Shown here one piece after another: positions 59,489 to 64,000 of a stretch of DNA of 64,000 bases. The notes beneath the pieces are model-generated. The model was not told the origin of the DNA, did no database searches, and worked only from the letters and a program-made list of their open reading frames with translations. The DNA lies in NCBI GenBank assembly GCA_047602405.1, contig JASGHJ010000002.1, forward strand, positions 2,720,001-2,784,000. Reading direction: 5' to 3'. Source of the stretch: Anaeromyxobacteraceae bacterium (GTDB lineage Bacteria > Myxococcota > Myxococcia > Myxococcales > Anaeromyxobacteraceae). Numbering within the stretch: position 1 is the stretch's first letter; each line of letters begins with the position of its first letter. The position numbers and the translations under genes are program-made.

Positions 59489-59872
59489 ATGCCCCGTCCC
59501 GTCCACTTCGAGATCCACGCCGCCGACCCCGCCCGCGCCATCGCCTTCTACGAGGCGCTCTTCGGCTGGGTGTTCCAGCCCTACGGCGGCAGCGACGTCG
59601 CCTACTGGCTCGTCCGCACCGGCGAGGGACCGGGCATCGACGGCGGGCTCCTGCCGCGCGCGGGCCCGGCGCCCGAGCCGCGCGCGGCGGTGAACGCGTT
59701 CGTGTGCACGGTGGGCGTCGACGACCTCGACGCGGCGCTCGCGAAGGCGGAGCGGCTCGGCGCGCGGCAGGTCGTGCCGCGCACCGCGATCGGGGACATC
59801 GGCTGGTCGGCGTACGTGAAGGACCCCGAGGGGAACCTCCTCGGGCTGTTCCAGTCGGCGACGCCGGGCTGA
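59489..59872 (+). CDS. VOC/glyoxalase family protein
   Basis: 'VHFEI', 'FYEALFGW', 'DPEGN'. Confidence 0.88.
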   Translation: MPRPVHFEIHAADPARAIAFYEALFGWVFQPYGGSDVAYWLVRTGEGPGIDGGLLPRAGPAPEPRAAVNAFVCTVGVDDLDAALAKAERLGARQVVPRTAIGDIGWSAYVKDPEGNLLGLFQSATPG

Positions 59873-59875
59873 CCG

Positions 59876-61687
<1,812 letters not shown>

Positions 61688-61807
61688 GGTTGTTGGCCTT
61701 TCGTCCGGATACAGGCGTGAAGGGGCAGATCACACCATGCAGCGCGCAGCGTCAAGGCGAAGGCGCCCCACCCGGGATCGGCACACCGACGGCGCCCGGG
61801 ACGGCGC

Positions 61808-63571
61808 TCAGCCCGGCTCGATGGCCCGGAGGTCCTTCAGCCGGAGCTGGAGCCGGCGGGTGCCGTCCCACTCGTCGAACCCGACCGTGAAGGCGGCCTC
61901 CACCGGGCCCCCGCCGCCGCACAGGGAGAGCCGGTCGCCGAGCCCGAACCCGATGGCGTCGAGGCCGCGGCCGAACGCGAGCTTCAGGTGCGCCCCGCCC
62001 GCCCCCACCGGCCGGACGCGCTCGGGGGCGCCGCGCATGGCGAACACCGGCTCCGGGTTGCCGGCGCCGTAGGGCGCGAGCCGGTCGAGGTCCTCGGCGG
62101 CCTTCTCGGTGACGAGCGGCGCCTCCACCCAGCCGTCGATGCGGGTGCGGGGCACGAGGTCGTCCGGGCCGAGCCGCTCCATCGCGTGGGCCTCGAAGGC
62201 CGCCCGGAAGCCCTCGAGGGCGTCGCGCGCGACGGTGACGCCGGCCGCGTGCCTGTGGCCGCCGAACCGGACGAGGTGCGAGGCGCAGGCGGCGAGGGCG
62301 TCGTAGAGGTGGAACCGCTCGATGGAGCGGCCGCTGCCCTTCCCCACCCCGGCTGCCTTCGCGCCGGCCGGATCGGCGCCGCCCTCCATCGCGACGAGCA
62401 CCGCCGGACGGTGGAAGCGCTCGACGATGCGCGAGGCGACGATGCCGACCACCCCGGCGTGCCAGCCGTCGCGGGCGAGCACGAGGCCGCGGGCCCCGGC
62501 CTTCACGCGCTCGCGGGCGTCGGCGGTCGCCTCGTCGAGGATGCGCCGCTCGATCTCCTGGCGCGCCTGGTTCTCGCGGTCGAGCTCCTCCGCGAGGGCC
62601 TGCGCGCGGACGGGGTCGGTCTCGAGCAGGAGGCGCACGCCCCGGCCGGCGTCGTCGAGCCGGCCCGCCGCGTTGATGCGCGGGGCGAGCCGGAAGCCCA
62701 CCTGGCCCGCCGAGACCGGCTGGCCGTCGGCGACCCCCGCCACGCGCTTCAGCGCCTTCAGGCCCGGCCGGCGGGTGGTCGCGAGGACCTCGAGGCCGGC
62801 CCGGACGAGGAGCCGGTTCGCGCCGGTGAGGTGGACCACGTCGGCCACCGTGCCGAGCGCGACGAGGTCGAGCGCCTCCTTGAGGTTCGGCTCCGGGCGG
62901 GTCGCGCCGAAGCGCCCCGCCTCGCGCAGACGTCTGCGCAGCGCCATCACGAGCGCGAAGGTGACGCCCACCGCGGCGAGGTCCTTCGTGGGGTAATCGC
63001 AGCCGGGCTGGTGCGGGTTCAGGATCGCCGCCGCCGCGGGCAGCTCCACCGGGACGGTGTGGTGATCGACCACGACGGTGTCGAGCCCGAGCGCCGCCGC
63101 CGCCTTCACCTCGGCCGAGGCGGTGATGCCGCAGTCGAGCGTCACGAGGAGCTTCACGCCCTGGGCCGCGAGCTTCGCGACGGCGTCGCCGTTCAGCCCG
63201 TAGCCCTCGACGAGCCGGTGCGGGACGTAGGTGACGACGTCGCCGCCCGCCGCCCGCAGGAACCCGGCGAGCAGCGTGGTGGAGGTCACGCCGTCCACGT
63301 CGTAGTCGCCGTAGCAGGCGATGCGCTCGCCGGCCTGCAGCGCCCGGGCGACGCGGGCCACCGCGCCGTCCATGCCCTTCATGGTGAAGGGGTCGGGCAG
63401 GTCCTGGAGGCGCGCCGCGATGAACGCCTCGGCCGCGGCCGGGTCGGCGAACCCGCGGGCCGCGAGGACCCGCGCCGCGAGGGGGTGCAGCCTCAGCGCC
63501 CCGGCGAGTCGCTCGGCGGCCCCGCCGTCGACCGCCGTCTCGACCCACCGCCGCCTCGCCGCGCCGTCCAC
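61808..63571 (-). CDS. recJ: Single-stranded-DNA exonuclease RecJ
   Basis: 'GDYDVDG', 'DCG', 'DHH', 'APRINAAGR', 'GSGRS', 'FGGH..AAG'. Confidence 0.95.
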   Translation of the reverse strand: MDGAARRRWVETAVDGGAAERLAGALRLHPLAARVLAARGFADPAAAEAFIAARLQDLPDPFTMKGMDGAVARVARALQAGERIACYGDYDVDGVTSTTLLAGFLRAAGGDVVTYVPHRLVEGYGLNGDAVAKLAAQGVKLLVTLDCGITASAEVKAAAALGLDTVVVDHHTVPVELPAAAAILNPHQPGCDYPTKDLAAVGVTFALVMALRRRLREAGRFGATRPEPNLKEALDLVALGTVADVVHLTGANRLLVRAGLEVLATTRRPGLKALKRVAGVADGQPVSAGQVGFRLAPRINAAGRLDDAGRGVRLLLETDPVRAQALAEELDRENQARQEIERRILDEATADARERVKAGARGLVLARDGWHAGVVGIVASRIVERFHRPAVLVAMEGGADPAGAKAAGVGKGSGRSIERFHLYDALAACASHLVRFGGHRHAAGVTVARDALEGFRAAFEAHAMERLGPDDLVPRTRIDGWVEAPLVTEKAAEDLDRLAPYGAGNPEPVFAMRGAPERVRPVGAGGAHLKLAFGRGLDAIGFGLGDRLSLCGGGGPVEAAFTVGFDEWDGTRRLQLRLKDLRAIEPG

Positions 63572-63736
63572 GAGGGGTCAGGTAGCACGGCCTCCTGACA
63601 GGGGGAGCCGGGCCGCCGCCCGCGGGCGGGGCCGGCGAGGGGGGCTGCGCCCGCCGGGGACCCCGCCCGGAAGTTCCCTCCCGCCCCGTCCGGCGCTAGC
63701 CTTCGCCCGGCCTTCCACCCCGACCGGAGGACTCCC

Positions 63737-64000
63737 GTGAAGCTCCTGATCGCCGATGCCTTCCCGAAGGACCGCGTGCAGGACCTCACCGCCCTCGGGC
63801 TCGAGGTCGTGCTCCAGCCGGACGTCTCCGTGAAGGACCTGCCCGAGGCCGCGAAGGACGCCTCGATCCTCGTCGTCCGGTCGAAGCAGGTGACCGCCGA
63901 GGTGTTCGAGAAGGCGGCGGCGCTCTCGCTCGTCGTGCGCGCCGGCGCGGGCGTCAACACCATCGACGTCGCGGCCGCCTCGCGGCGCGGCGTGTTCGTC
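63737..64000 (+). CDS. D-3-phosphoglycerate dehydrogenase-like protein, N-terminal part (runs off window)
   Basis: GGAGG RBS; 'KLLIAD...LVVRS...VRAGAGVNTIDV.AAS.RGV'. Confidence 0.8.
   Translation, partial: MKLLIADAFPKDRVQDLTALGLEVVLQPDVSVKDLPEAAKDASILVVRSKQVTAEVFEKAAALSLVVRAGAGVNTIDVAAASRRGVFV

Noticed and set aside
62340..62390. Third in-frame REP insertion, in recJ
   Set aside because: Only about 15 nt resemble the repeat arm and the second arm is missing; too weak to support.
63590..63730. ZTP/glycine riboswitch ahead of the serA-like gene
   Set aside because: There are GC-rich stems but none of the conserved aptamer motifs.

Overview
Very GC-rich bacterial chromosomal window whose gene content suggests a Myxococcota (Anaeromyxobacter-like) genome. 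This is inferred from gene content, not from a database match. Most of it is housekeeping or envelope genes: fbaB, addAB-type helicase/nuclease, queD, thiE, a thiS-thiG fusion, a DUF4129-DUF4350-MoxR-DUF58 operon, an S46 peptidase, a natAB-like ABC exporter, an SNF2 helicase, a methyl-sugar/glycosyltransferase cluster, glpAB, msrA, aspS, recJ and a serA-like gene. I found no rRNA, tRNA, CRISPR array, transposase or integrase. Four observations stand out. (1) An orphan tandem pair of 102-nt structured elements at 25629-25959 has compensatory base changes in three hairpins and self-complementary loops; it is a candidate undescribed ncRNA or hairpin-DNA system. (2) Two families of REP/MITE-like palindromic repeats occur between genes and also as in-frame insertions inside addA. 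(3) Seven apparent frameshifts fall on only two motifs (GATC and GCTCTTC), which points to methylation-driven sequencing errors and so to the host methylome rather than to pseudogenes. (4) There are some unusual domain fusions, including a possible Sm-like domain on an FkbM methyltransferase and a secreted ARPP-1/DUF6569 protein.
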